A stretch of 64,000 nucleotides of DNA from Leidyana gryllorum EB-2025a (GCA_048772705.1 JBLWGC010000230.1:372001-436000), one strand, 5' to 3'; shown: positions 11,628 to 24,377, counted from the first letter of the stretch. The notes: generated from the sequence alone by a model not told the origin. Numbers and translations are program-made.

Positions 11628-12368
11628 TTAGCTTCGTGGATTTGTGCGAGTGCGTGTGCCTCGGTGCATTGGCTTGGGAGCTCTTTTGTCTCCTTTACGA
11701 TTTGGCTGGCTGGATTGGCGCACAACTGGCGTTTCAATGATAGGCTCATCGCCCTCCACGACTTCGAAGAAAGAGGCAGTCAAATCTGCATCAGAAGCTT
11801 TCAGAACCTGCATTGCCTCCTGGTCTTTATTGCTCTTTGCCAACAGATCTATCCTCTGCTCAGTATTGGGAGCGATCTGGTTCGCATCCTCTGGATCCTC
11901 TTCATCATCGTCAGCCGTTGCCAGCTGTACGCCTGCTGTGTGGCCACTACCCTGTTCTTTCTTGGCTGCCTTTTTGGCCGCCTTGCGTTTCTCCTTTTCC
12001 ACTTTGTCCTTGGCATCCTGGGCCGTGAGAGCCTCTTTTTTGAGCTGATTGTATATTAGATTCTTCTTCCTGAGCTCTTCCTCTATGCGTTCGATCTTCT
12101 TCTGGTCGACCTGAACAGACCCTTTAGCATGAACGAGCTTCTGTCTCATCTGAAAAACTTCACTCTCTATCTTCAAGAGCTGAGAAGAACCTTCTGTTTT
12201 CGTAGCCCCAGCTTTCCGCTTGGGTGGTTTCTTCGGAGCTGTCTTTTCATACTCAGCAATCTTAGTCTCGATATTGCGACGGGCTTCCGCAGTCAAGGTA
12301 TCGCCCTTTTTCTCCAGCAGTCGACGCAAATCGCGTATCTTGGCTTTGGGTGAAGAGCCTTTGGTCAT
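11628..12368 (-). CDS. Lys-rich coiled-coil protein, Efg1-like rRNA-processing factor
   Basis: N-terminal KAKIRDLRRLL resembles the Efg1 N-terminus; basic coiled coil followed by an acidic patch. Confidence 0.55.
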   Translation of the reverse strand: MTKGSSPKAKIRDLRRLLEKKGDTLTAEARRNIETKIAEYEKTAPKKPPKRKAGATKTEGSSQLLKIESEVFQMRQKLVHAKGSVQVDQKKIERIEEELRKKNLIYNQLKKEALTAQDAKDKVEKEKRKAAKKAAKKEQGSGHTAGVQLATADDDEEDPEDANQIAPNTEQRIDLLAKSNKDQEAMQVLKASDADLTASFFEVVEGDEPIIETPVVRQSSQPNRKGDKRAPKPMHRGTRTRTNPRS

Positions 12369-12387
12369 TGTAGACTAAAAAATTCCT

Positions 12388-13069
12388 ATGCGACGAACAG
12401 ATGATGTGAGCTATGTGTTCTTCCACCAGGAGGATTTCAACAGTCTTTTCAATACCAGTGAGAGCTTTGTTCGAGTTGGCAAGGGCACATTTGTATCTGA
12501 GCAGCTCGGCGGATTGTGAACGCAGTTGACCCTAATGCAAAGTTGAGTCCGGAAGAGGTACGGCTTATAACTCGAGCCTCATTGGTGCATGTGGCGGCCT
12601 TGGTGAGAACGTTGGGTGGTCTGTTTAATAGGATCGATGACAATGGTAGCTGAGAGAAGCCCGGGCTGAGACACAGGATGGGTGGCCGACGGCCGGTTCT
12701 TTGGCTGCAGTGTTGGAACGACATGATCGCAATTTGGCTCAAAGGGCCAGACATATAGTGGAAACGAGACCTAACTTGACGAAGCTGCTGAAGTTCGTGG
12801 ACGACACGCAGTACACGACCTCCCAAAACTACCCGGAGGGGCACAGTCCAATGCACGCTTTCAGGCCGGGAGCTGCGATGATGCCGATGTCAGCAGCGAT
12901 GATGGTGAATCAGCACGCTATGATGATGTATCATCAGCAGGCGGCTGCTATGAGGGTTCCGATGATGGTTGGCGCTCAGATGCATCCACAATATGCAGCA
13001 GCTGCCAGCATGGCTGCGGCAGCGCGGCATCAGAGTATGATGGCTCCACCGCCAAGACCAGGAACTTAG
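12388..13069 (+). CDS. Histone-fold protein, TAF13/Spt3-like, with Met/Gln/Ala-rich tail
   Basis: Spliced: LFNTTRRIVNAVDPNAKLSPEEVRLITRASLVHVAALLREARAETQDGWPTAGSLAAVLERHDRNLAQRARHIVETRPNLTKLLKFVDD; the helix pattern resembles TAF13. Confidence 0.5.
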
Positions 13070-14095
13070 CGAGAGTGTTGAGTGAGGGAAGCATATGCCG
13101 CTGCTTGCATCTGTTCATCTTCATCGCTGGCTATGGGAGAGGGGGTGTGAAGAATGTCACTTTCACCACTTCGCAAAGGGGAGCGATTGAGAAGCGTAGG
13201 GGTACTTGAGGACGGATACTGCGCATTGCGGTATGTAGGGGCGTCGCCAGGGGATACAGTTCTTGTACCAAAGGTGGTAGGAGGAGGTCCATAGGCGTTT
13301 CCTATGACGCGACGAGGTTGCATGACCTGCTCCGGTGGAGCCATGGGAGGCATGACGTTACGAACGGCCGCAGGTATCTGATTCACACCTCGCCCGGACT
13401 CTATCAAAGTCTCCTTGAAGGTGCTGTCAGGCGGTCGGATGCTGTCGGGCACCATACTCTGCTCAGCCAGTTGCCGAGCCAACCGTTCGTCCGCTTCAAT
13501 CTGTGCTTGTACACTTTGAGCTCCGGTTAGCCTCTGTGGGATCGCCGCTGAACATAATTTGAAAGACATCCGAATCATGAGCCCTATATCGCTTACGCGC
13601 TGGTCGGGTGGTAGTTGCGACCACTGGTGGAGCATTGACTGGCGCTCGGGTGGCTGCCGGGAACCATGAGGGTGTCTTAACAGGCACACTTGACTGCCCT
13701 TGGGGGTGGGATGGTGCACTAGGTGGATAAGAAGTAGTAGAGCTCGAAGGATAAGAGGCGTAGGGCTGGGCACTGGGATATGCAGTGGGACCACTTGATG
13801 CGGCCGGGTAGTGATGAGTGGTAGATGTGGTAGCAGTATATTTTGGCTGCGTCTGCGAGGGGGGAACAGCAGAGGTGACACTGCCAACAGTGTTGCCAGA
13901 CGAAGTCCAAGTCGGTGGTCTGCCTTGAGGTGGGATGGGAGTAGGAGTGGGAGCGGGAGCCGACGCAGTTGACGGTGGTGAACGGACTTGTGCTTTCTGG
14001 GCCACCGTAGCCGTAGGAAGCTTCGCTTCTTCTTCGCGTTTCCTCTGTAAATAGGCTTGACGGTGTTTAGCTCTGTAGTCCGACAGCTCGTCCAT
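13066..14095 (-). CDS. Pro/Ser-rich protein with UIM-like motifs
   Basis: Two ORFs joined by a GTAAGC..TTCAG intron; QIEADERLARQL, IRPPD..KETL and C-terminal DEDEQMQAAAYASL. Confidence 0.6.
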
Positions 14096-14145
14096 GGCTA
14101 GGGTTGAAGATTGATAATCAAATATTTCTTTCGTGGTACTAGTCA

Positions 14146-15524
14146 ATGGTTAAGCTTTCTATCAAAGCCGAAGAGGTGAACTTTGCAGTCTACCGGTACC
14201 TCATCGAAAATGGGTACTCGCACTCCGCGTACACATTCCGCCAAGAGGCAAACCTCGCCTCATATAATCCCGGCACCACAGCAGCAGGCCGTAACCGTAC
14301 ACAACGCCAAGCGTTTCCCGCACACTGTTTAATTACGTTGATCCACAAAGCCATGATGTATCTGTGGCTGGAGTACCACACTGATGCGGTGCGCGTCCGA
14401 ATGGGTACATCAGCACTAATCCTTCTTTAGGCTTCTGGGAACCTTGCCGAGTGTGAGTCATCTTTCAGTTTGTTCCGACCGCACACGTGCGCGAAACCGC
14501 CGCCGGGTAGACGCCTCCGTGATCTGATCGTGTGTTTATGCCACATTTTAGGCCGTGGAGGCGATGTATCAGCAACCACGACCACCACTGGGGCAGCTGC
14601 GCACACTCATGCACTGCGAAAACGGCTCCAGGCAGCTCCAACGGAGCCAGCTGCCTCAGATGGTGAAGAAGTAGATCTGACTGAGGAGGGAGAAGGTGAA
14701 CCAGTAGTGTCGCCCAGTCCAAGCGAAGGCAAGCCCGCTCGTGGCAAACATGCCCGAGCGGCGGCCGGGGCGGCTAAAGATCCGGCCCCGGATCCTTTCC
14801 TGACTGCTGGTCCCGGGCCCACCCTGAAACTGCCTACGCCCATGCCGCTGGCAACGACTGTACCTGAAAACGTCACAGCCGCCGTTGAGGCTGGGACCCG
14901 AAGCCCTGGTTTTGTTCACAGCAGCGTGGGGCAAGGACAGGTGAGGGGGTGTGACTGATTGAGGGCAAGCCTGGCAATGGACATTCGAGTGCAGATCAGT
15001 AACCTGATAGCTAACATCAAGGGTGTTCATTTCGCCATGACGATCGAGAATGACAAGGCGGTGTTCTATACGGCATCGACCACTGGTAAGTTGGGTTTAT
15101 GCGACAGAGGGCAGTGATTTATTCTTCAACCAGGGACCAAAGGGTCTTTGGTGTGGCAATGTCTCAACGCTATGGTGATACCAAAGGGAGCTCGGTTTCA
15201 ATTTGCGTCGTGGCACCCTCTCGACCCGAATCTTGCGGTATTTTGGAACACTACTCCCGAAGGAACTGGAAACATTGAGTTGTACATATACGAGCCCGGT
15301 CACCACCGTTTGGTTCGGGCGAAGGTGGACGACACGGCCCGACTTATTGCTGTCAAATCGCTGAAATGGGATCGATCAGATCCGGTTGTACAGTAAGATC
15401 CCCCGATTTGTGATATGAAAGCGAAATGACTGTTTTCAGTGCTGAAGTCGCCACCCGTCGCGGTGGATATCGACTAAGTCTAGCCTTCAGCAAAACGGAG
15501 GAGATGTGGGTGTCAAGTAGCTAG
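14146..15524 (+). CDS. LisH-domain protein, TBL1/Sif2-like, with short C-terminus
   Basis: SIKAEEVNFAVYRYLIENGYSHSAYTF (TBL1-type LisH); several short introns; WD-like ASWHP and LKWD remnants. Confidence 0.75.
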
Positions 15525-15547
15525 CTAGCTAGAGTTGTAAGTTGTAG

Positions 15548-16996
15548 TTATGGTGCTGATACTTCCGGACTGCTTTTCAAGGAAGACTCGAGGGCAGAAT
15601 TCGTAGAACCGAAGGCACCTCCGAACTGGCAAGCTAAATCTGACAGCTGGACTTGACGATGGGGCGCTGGTGGGAGTTGGTACATTGCAGTCACCACGGC
15701 TCGCCAGCAGCATGTGCTGACTATCTCTCGTGCCTCTGGGCTGAAGAGAGCCATGCGAGGCTGGTCCAGGGCCGGAGTCAGTTCTGAGGAGTCTCTGTCT
15801 GCGATCGGAATGCCCTGCGTCATCAGCCGGTGCCAACGGCTGAGCACGTGGGTACTACTCTTGTAGTAATCGGCCAGATCCTGCGGCTTGGGGAACTTTG
15901 CCAGAAGCTTGGAGGTTGACGCGGGTAGCTATGCAGAGATTGGTGAGAAAACATTATTCACCACTCACCTCCTCGGGCCCTTCTTGTTGGAAGAGGTCCA
16001 AGAGCATACTGAGCAGAATGCTCAATTGTGTGAGACTGTAGCGAAATACAGCCACTTCAGCTCCACAAGTGACAGAAGGATCGTCATCTTGAAAACGAGG
16101 ACAGACATAGTAAGGTCTGCATCCGAGACATGTGGGCGCTCCCGGAGTTCTTCGCTCTCCCTTAACCTGTGCAGGCCGGGGCGACTCAGCGGCATTGGCC
16201 GTTCCTTGACCTCCTTGGTGATAATTGCTCGGATGCAAATGATCATCTTGATACTGTGACATCCGATACCTTTTGACCTTCCGACGCCGCGGACCATCCC
16301 AGGTTGTGCTACCAGTGGCTGCTTCCGTGTGAGTACAACAAACGAAGATTGAGACACAGGGGCTCTGGCAAAGAGAGCAGCGCGGGGCAGGCACCGAAGC
16401 CAACTCAAACATGGTATCGAGGAAACGCGTGCGCTCGCGTTTGTACTTCATAAAGTCTGGGTGGTCCTTGGGGGAAGTCATCATGATCAGATTTGTGATA
16501 GCTATCGACGATTGCAGAGTGAGTGCGGCGCAGGGCCACTTACAGGGCAACAGTTTGGTGATATAGTGAGGGATTGCTTCGTCCTCGGCGGATTCAGGAG
16601 GTAGAAGCTTGCGGAACGCGGAAGGCGCGATAGGCTCAAATAACGCGTCCAAGTGAGGCATATCCTCGACCCGAGTGCGTATCCGGAACTCTGGAACAGT
16701 CCAATAGTTTCCGGGAACAAAGTAGGGTCTTACGTTCCATGAAGTACTTCAGAAACCTTTCAGAAACCGCTTGAAGGTCCATTGAGGCTCCCTCAATGCA
16801 GCTGTGGCAACCGCACGACGATTTAGGACAGTCGTGCGTGGTTTAGAGTCATACCTTAGAGCGATGGGGACGGCATCACTGTCACAGAGATCGCGTCGGC
16901 TTCCAAAAGCGTAGTCAGGGCCGCCGTAGGAGGGGGAAACCTATGGGGGTCAGTTTGATTAGAGTTAGATGGGATTGAACTCACTAGGCCGAACAT
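15548..16996 (-). CDS. Hypothetical multi-exon protein
   Basis: ATG at 16996 with a 4-codon first exon; consecutive ORF pieces linked by GT-AG introns to the TAA at 15548. Confidence 0.55.
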
Positions 16997-17052
16997 TGGC
17001 GGAGTCAGGACGTCAAACACAGATACTAGAATACAGACACGCTGTCTATAGC

Positions 17053-17784
17053 ATGCTCTCCGTATTGCTCTGCTGTGGAGTTGGCTGTTTGCGCGCCAAA
17101 ATCGATTTCAATGGCACAGCTGTGGTACCCCTGTGCGACTTTCCAGTGAGTGAGCCAAACATGCACTTTCTTTGAAGGATCGACCAGGCAGGCTGCTCGG
17201 TGATCACCAATAGGGGCGAAGAGCAGGATCTGCCTCCCAACCTGCCTAGAAGCGCCGCCCTGCATATCTGGAGCCCCAGCGGATACTGGGAAGTGAGCAG
17301 CCCGGGTCACTGTGACGAACCTGGCTTTTGGGCTGAAGAGGGATGCACAGGTGACTGCCACCTCATCGATTGGCAACCACAAGTGCCCACCTGCCAACCC
17401 ACATTGAGCGAGTGCTACCACAGAGCTCGCGCTGACTTGAAGGACTACCTGCGTGATCTGCGTGGTGATCTCACCCAAGTGCAGTTTGACATGTTCTCGT
17501 GGGGACTAGGGGCGATGGTTGGATTGGTCAGCTATGCTTGGCTGGTACGAGGGGGCCGAGCGAGGACCAATCACCCACCTGCATCGTCAGCACACACGTG
17601 TGGAGCAGCGTCATCATCATCAATGTATGGTGGGGTGAGCACTATAAACACGGACTATTTCCGCGCGCTGTTGGAGGACGTGAGGAATCGCAAACGCGCC
17701 TCAGACATCACTAGACTCCATGAAGCTCTAAACGCTCTTCTTTTGTCTGACCCCCGACGACGACTGTGCGACGGCACACTCTGA
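17053..17784 (+). CDS. Putative type I membrane protein with Cys-containing ectodomain
   Basis: Signal-like MLSVLLCCGVGC, one intron, hydrophobic helix FSWGLGAMVGLVSYAWLV. Confidence 0.6.
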
Positions 17785-17800
17785 TATTGCTTATATATAT

Positions 17801-19087
17801 TCAACGCACACGGACATAGGCAGCCAGTCGCAGGGGCAGGTGGTTCCAATTTTTCTTCGCCACTATCAACCTCCAGTTATACAAACTATCTTGGCCTCGA
17901 GAAAGATCCTCGGGATAAGGCACCTCGTCAAGGACCTCACGTCGCACTGTTAACCAACCATTATGTCCCATTGAGGGATACGGGGAAACTCGAGGAAGAG
18001 ACATTTTCCGCGGGAAGAACCAGAGGGAGTCTTTCGTCTGTCTCGGTTCACCCTGAGCAATCAATTGATTGTCCCATTTGCTATTCATTTTACTGCTTAC
18101 GTTGGTTTCATTGGCAAAGTCCGCCACGGGTAAAGCGTCTTGAATGGTCTTATAATCCCACAGAAACGTCATATTCTCGGGCATGTAATCTTGATGCTCC
18201 ATAAAGGTATCAAAGCCGGCTTCCCAACCCGTCATTGTCAGGAGAGTAAAACCATGAATTAGAGCTTCAAGTTCAGGCTTGTCAACGAAAGTCTGCAACA
18301 CCGGGATTAATGGCCATGAAGGGGTACCATAACTACTCACCTTCCACACATATTCCGTGCGTTGTGGGTGCAAATAGTCGTCACAGTCGAAAAAGCTGAT
18401 CAGCTTAGTATCCTCCGTTGCTGCCCGCGCTCCATACATCCGATTGGATCCGGCGTAGTGTTTACCCGCCCGCACCAGGATCCGTAAATTGGGGATCTCT
18501 TGGAAACTCCATTCTGTCGGGGTTCTCGATTTGGTCACATACTGCAACGCCTCGTCCTTCGATTCCTTTCGCGCCGGAGTATTCAACGCTTCAGCCATCG
18601 ATTTCAGATACTTCTCTCGAACAACCGATGGACTAAAGTCGAAACTCAAAAACGAGGAACCGTCAGCGCTTCCTGGTGGTATATTCAGGACTAGTAAAGT
18701 CTCCTGGGGAAAGACCGTTTGGTTCGCTAACGACTCCAACATCATCGGCAGCAGGAAGAAATCCTCCGTCTGACAAGGGATCACAAGAGACATCGGAACA
18801 GACTCCTTGGGGTCCTGCCCCTGGGTATTATATAATTGAGGTCTTTGCTGAACGCCTGGAGCTAAGTTTGCAGAAGCACCTTCCAAAGATCCACCCTGAG
18901 CCACGCTCGCAACTCGGACGATCTCGTCCGCAAACACTCTCGCTTGGCAGTGGTGACTGATCCGATTATCCACGAAGGCCGTCATAAATAAATGCATGAT
19001 GGCCAATGAAGCAATACCTACGATACCGTAGGTGAATACTTGCCATCGCTGACTGGAGGAGCTGGAACATGCACTGCTCGTACTCAT
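17801..19087 (-). CDS. Type II membrane glycosyltransferase, GT-A fold (GT2-like)
   Basis: N-terminal TM helix, SLVIPC, LESLANQT, FFDCDD (DxD), GQD; one in-frame intron near 18294-18341. Confidence 0.8.
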   Translation of the reverse strand: MSTSSACSSSSSQRWQVFTYGIVGIASLAIMHLFMTAFVDNRISHHCQARVFADEIVRVASVAQGGSLEGASANLAPGVQQRPQLYNTQGQDPKESVPMSLVIPCQTEDFFLLPMMLESLANQTVFPQETLLVLNIPPGSADGSSFLSFDFSPSVVREKYLKSMAEALNTPARKESKDEALQYVTKSRTPTEWSFQEIPNLRILVRAGKHYAGSNRMYGARAATEDTKLISFFDCDDYLHPQRTEYVWKVSSYGTPSWPLIPVLQTFVDKPELEALIHGFTLLTMTGWEAGFDTFMEHQDYMPENMTFLWDYKTIQDALPVADFANETNVSSKMNSKWDNQLIAQGEPRQTKDSLWFFPRKMSLPRVSPYPSMGHNGWLTVRREVLDEVPYPEDLSRGQDSLYNWRLIVAKKNWNHLPLRLAAYVRVR

Positions 19088-19189
19088 CTTCTCCAAGCCT
19101 TCTGAACCTTCACTTTCGGGATCGGACCAGCAAAAAGCTTCAGCTAGACAACCAGAAATTACATACACGGAATGTTTTACTTCCCAAAA

Positions 19190-19635
19190 TCACGGACTGA
19201 CGTATATCACTCTTGAGTGCTTCCGCTGTCTCAACATCCAACAACACATACACGTCCCCAGACATTCAAAAAGCATCAGCCACAGGCTCAGCAAGTACAC
19301 ACCCGCATTCTTCAACGCGTACTCACCGATCTGCCCCCAATGCAGACCAAGCCATCCAGACTCACTTTCACCCTCCCCAGTCTCATCAAACGCTGCTATC
19401 AATAGTTTTCGCACATGCCGAGCAGCTGCGCGCCTGTGAAAACCTGAAGGGGTCATCTGCCTTTGTCAGCAAGCGCCTAGTCAACGAACTCACCAGTCGT
19501 GACCCACAATAGGCTCAAAACAACAGAAGCACTGATGAAGCTAATGAGCAAGGTCATCATGGTTCGCTGACGGCCTGTGGACGCTTTCCGCCATAGATCC
19601 ACTCTAGGAAGACTATTAATGCTGTGGAAAACCAT
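19190..19635 (-). CDS. Small two-TM membrane protein
   Basis: Two hydrophobic segments in two exons separated by a GTGAGT-type intron. Confidence 0.5.
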
Positions 19636-19757
19636 CTTCCATCGGAGACACGCCACCAGCACACACGTGTGCTCACGCGCGTCAAGCTTCTAAGCCGAGA
19701 AGATCCTCAATCTGAGACAAAAGTTGATACTCAGCTCTAAAGTAGGGTGGCTGGGGA

Positions 19758-22700
19758 TCACACAGAGGGAGGACATTGTGACTGACAACTGAGATCGTCC
19801 AATGTCAAGTCAATCTCAGATGCCGAGGAAGTCCCTCCCGAGTCGTAGAAAGAGAACGGTACTTCCATTGCACTGGGAACAGTTGAGATCTCGATATCCC
19901 ACCCGACTGGTTGACTTTCCAAGACTTTGGGATTCCACATCGAAGGTGACGAACGGGGCGTGAGGGGGCTCAAGTAGCGAGCAATGTCAACAAACCTTTG
20001 GACAAGTGAGGGAGCTTGAGGAGGCCGGGCTTTGCGAGCCTCCACTGGCTTCACTCTGAACAGTAATAAACTGTTGAGCACCACCAGTATTGAACTGAGT
20101 GCCATGGCACTGCCGGCCAAGAGAGGGGACATCTCAACCCTAGGATAAAAGACTCCGGCCGCAGAGGGCAAACCAATGAAATTGAACAAGAAGGCCCAGA
20201 CGAAATTCCTGTTGTAACAATCAATCGGAGTGGGCTGCAAAGTCATACCTATAGATCGCACGGCGGGTGGCTTTAGATAATTTCAAGAAACTTAACAAGC
20301 TGTCCAGATCGTGCTTGATGAGGACAACATCCGCTGCCACCGCCATGATTTCCGCGTCAGTACCGATGGCAATCCCGACATCGGCCTTCGCCAGGGCCAG
20401 ACTGTCGTTCGACCCATCTCCAACCATAATGATCTTGGGACGTTTCTTTGCTGCTCCGTCGATGAGAGCATACCCTTGTTCATCCCAAAGTTTCTCGATG
20501 AGATCGTGTTTCATCCACGGAGTTGCCTCGGCGACAACACGTTCAGGGGGGATTCCCACCTTTGCCGCCACCTCGTGTGCCACGCTAGAATTATCTCCAG
20601 TGCACATCCAAACGTCCAGATTATATGTGCTATGCAGAAGATACACAGCTGCAGCTGCGTCTGGGAGTACTTCATCGCGCAAGCGTACTGCGCCCAAAAG
20701 TTCGCCTTGATCAGTGAACAAACACACGATCGTGCATCCCTCTGACTCGCGCAGCCATTTCTGCGAATAAGTGATGGTTGAGCGTTGCGCAGGGTTCAAC
20801 TTACGATCCCTTCTTCACAGCGAAGAGCGTCATCTCCATTATTGTGCACCAGGCTGTAGTAGAAAGACAGATTGCCCAGGATTAAACCTCCGGAATTGAT
20901 CTTGGCTACCACACCCTTCCCTCCGATCGTCTGGATCTCATCCAGATCGAGTTCCGACACGATAGCATCATCCAGGTGGAAAGGAAACTCTGTTTGGCGA
21001 GTGAACCCAAGCAGCGCTGCAGCAATTGGATGCTTGTTGCCAACCTCCATAGCGGCGATAAGGGTCCAGAAAGCGCTCCATAGCAGCTGCGTGGTGACGC
21101 GATCACATGCTGCCGGCTTGGAGACAAGAGTCATTTCATTATCTGCTTCTGGTTTGGACCGGATCCGATTCTTCATTCGATCTAATACATCTCGTGACTC
21201 CAATAACCTCAGGAAGTTGACGGCATGTAGGTATGCGCCTCCCACAGAAGGCTTGCCTTCTGTGAGTGTACCCGTTTTATCCAGAATGATGGCTCCTGCG
21301 GACGCTGCAGTCTCCAAAGCTCCACCAGACTTGATCAATACTCCAAACCCCACCGCCTTTCCAGATGCCACAGTTGTCGCGGTGGGTGTAGCCAAGCCGA
21401 GTGCGCAGGGGCACGCGACAGCGAGAACTGCTATTCCAAACTTCATCACAAACATGAGTTTAGTGGCACCAGCGAGATACGGGGGATGTTGATGAACATG
21501 GGTACTGGGCGCATCGTCAGGATTAACCACACCCCCAAACACCAACCAGCCCCACACTCCCCAAGTAGTGAGGGCGACGAGGAGCGCCGCCGGGAGGAAA
21601 TAGGAGCAGATGCGGTCGGCAACCGCTCCAGAGGGTGTCACTACCGCAGATGCTTCGCGAACCGTTTGTATCACTTGACCGAGCAGAGTAGCGTGCCCAA
21701 CCTTGGTGACAATCATCCAGATCGGCTCGGTGTATACGATGGAACCCTCGAACAAGAGATCGCCATCCCGCTTGATGACAGGTAAGCTCTCTCCAGAGAT
21801 CAGTGACTCATCCACAGTGCCACTTGTCGGGGTTATGATAATCCCATCTGCTGGGACTTGCTCACCCACTTCTACTTTCAAGATGTCTCCAATCTCAATC
21901 AATGCTGACGAGAAGGTTATCAGCTCAACTTTTATCTGAGGGTTTGGCTGAAGGGGTACCTCGCTGGAGGTTTTCTCCGCGTGCTCATTGAGTACTTTGA
22001 ATCTCAAGCTGGGGTTTCCAGGGCATTTCGGTCCACTATCGCTTCGTTGAGCTCGCTGTGTAGCCAACCATACTAACTGAGTTAGGTTGGCGTCCGACAG
22101 TTGACACCAACGAGAACTGAAGTTCGGATCCCCACGGAGTACGGCCTGGTCTTCATACATGTGAACAGTAGGACTACCAGGGAATACCACTCGTCGGATC
22201 AAACACGCTCCAGTTGTCTTGGTTTGATGCAGCCTTCTGAGTTCTCTCAAAGTCTTTCCCTTGGCTGCCAATTCGAAAACCTTGCCCCAAAGTACTATGG
22301 TGATCAGCAAGGCCGAAGTCTCGAAATAATGAGGGATCTCTAGATGCTCATTGTGCAGATCTTCCGCGTCCACGCCAACAGCACTCAAGATCCGTCGAGC
22401 CATTCCCTGGATCGGCCGTCGTGCGGTGGGAGGCGGAGTGCGCAAGTTGAGTGCTGGGGGTGGTAGACCCGCGAGCAAGCTCACACTTGGGTCTGCTGGC
22501 GGGGCGCGGAGTGAGGGATTCTGCAGCTCGACAGTCTCTCGCGGAGCGGCCGGAACCCATATGTGTCCTGACGGGAAGCTTTGGTTTGGCCCCACAAGCG
22601 GTAAGTGTGGGGGGGAGATTAAGGACGGGCCCCTCTCGTTGAATGCCCCTGCTTCTAAAAGGCTAACGGGAGGTTGAGGTGCCTCCAGTGGGGGGACCAA

Positions 22701-24331
22701 CCCGTTGAGGACGGCAGGCGACACGATTAGGGACGGTTTGGGGTCCGTTGCCGGTATTGGTAGAGCGCCTCCATGCTGATGGAGATGGGCAATTCCCAGA
22801 TCAGCGCTGAGAAGGTCTTGCGGAGAAGGCATGAATGTGGGTGGGAGGATTCCCGTGTGAGGTGGGAATGGGATGGCCGGTCCCTGGAGGTCATGACTGT
22901 CGGCCAGGGACGCTAGAGCCACCACAACCGCCACAGTGAGCAATAAGAGTGAGAAGAGGTAGCAGAATGACGTATTGAAAGAAATAAATGTCTCCATTGT
23001 TATATGCCGAGTCTTCAACGCCTTCCACGCTTTGGAATGGATGTGCCTTCCCCATATCCATTGAATGGGCGTTGCGAGTATCGCCATCGTCAGAGCGCAT
23101 ACTGAAAGACCAGGAACGACCGGTCTCCTGACATGGTGTCGCATTGTGCTTAGTAGGTCATCTCACCGTAAGAAGCGGGGCAGGTCATGATGCGGGCTCA
23201 TCGCCAGCCAAAGTATAATAATGGCTGGAACCACACACCATGCCGCATTCTTGAGCAACTTACTGTACTCCTCATCTTGGTTGGCCTGCAAGGTGTGCGT
23301 TCAATGGTGAGTCACGTCTAATATGGAACCTACGTTCAACGGAGGGGGGTCGGTGAGAACGTGTAGATCAATCGAAGAATCTAAGTTGTGCACCTTGTCC
23401 TTCATCAACTGTAAAACTGCGCGGCTCCCGATAAGTTCGAAATTGTAGACGATGTTAAATATGACTACGGATGCCGCGGTCCCGATAATTGAGCTCTTTT
23501 CGACATTCGATGTTGCGGCAATGATACCATCATCCGACAAACTTGATGCGATCTTCCTTAGCTCTCCTATATACTTCTGATCAGTCACCGAACTGGTGGC
23601 CAAGCGCAATGTGGCCAAGGGGTCAGCGGCCGACTTTAGACCTTTCAGCGGGGCGGTAGTGTCAGGTTTTGGTGACGCTTGGGTGGATACCACTTCATCC
23701 GCTAGCGATATGGAAGCCCGACTGTATGCTTTGGCAACTGCCAAGAGTTGCTGCAATGTAACAATCAGAAATGGTTTCGGCGCATCGAGAGACCCACTCC
23801 AGCTGGCAGCTCCTCTTCCACATGCGATACATGGATCTGGCAGGAATCAGGTATAATGCGAATATCTCGAACCGCCGGCAAGATTTTCAAACTTCGACTT
23901 AATTCTCTGAAGGTGGACTCAGTCGCCGGATCAACCATAAGTACAGTTGTCCGCGAGCGTTTTGTGTCGTCTTGCTCTGGTGGGGAGGTGGAGAGTATTC
24001 TAGGCCAAGCAGGACTCACTCGAGCTGAGCAGAGAAGCGTCGAAACCAATCATATCGATTTGCTCGGCGACGGCATTTGGAGTTATCTGGAGAGGTTAGA
24101 GCTGGTTCTCATGCACATATTATACCTTATTCCCGTCAATGTGAACAGTGGCCTCATTCATCAGTAAATTGACGGTTGCCGACACGACGCCGGGCAAGCT
24201 GTTTAGGTGGCGTTCAATGGCCGAAGAACATGACACACATGTCATGCCTTCACACGTGAATCGAGATTGTTATGTCAGCTAGTGTGCTCACCTCCGACCG
24301 CATACTTTGCGATTAGGCCAGCAGGCTCCAT
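19758..24331 (-). CDS. P1B-type heavy-metal (Cu+) ATPase
   Basis: GMTCVSC (HMA), YFETSA, SGESLP, VACPCALGLATP, DKTGTLT, HP, MCTGD, GDGSND, NFVWAFLFN, AMALSS. Confidence 0.95.
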
Positions 24332-24377
24332 CAGATCACATACCACACGTGTGTGCGCACAGTGAGTAAAAAAGTAT

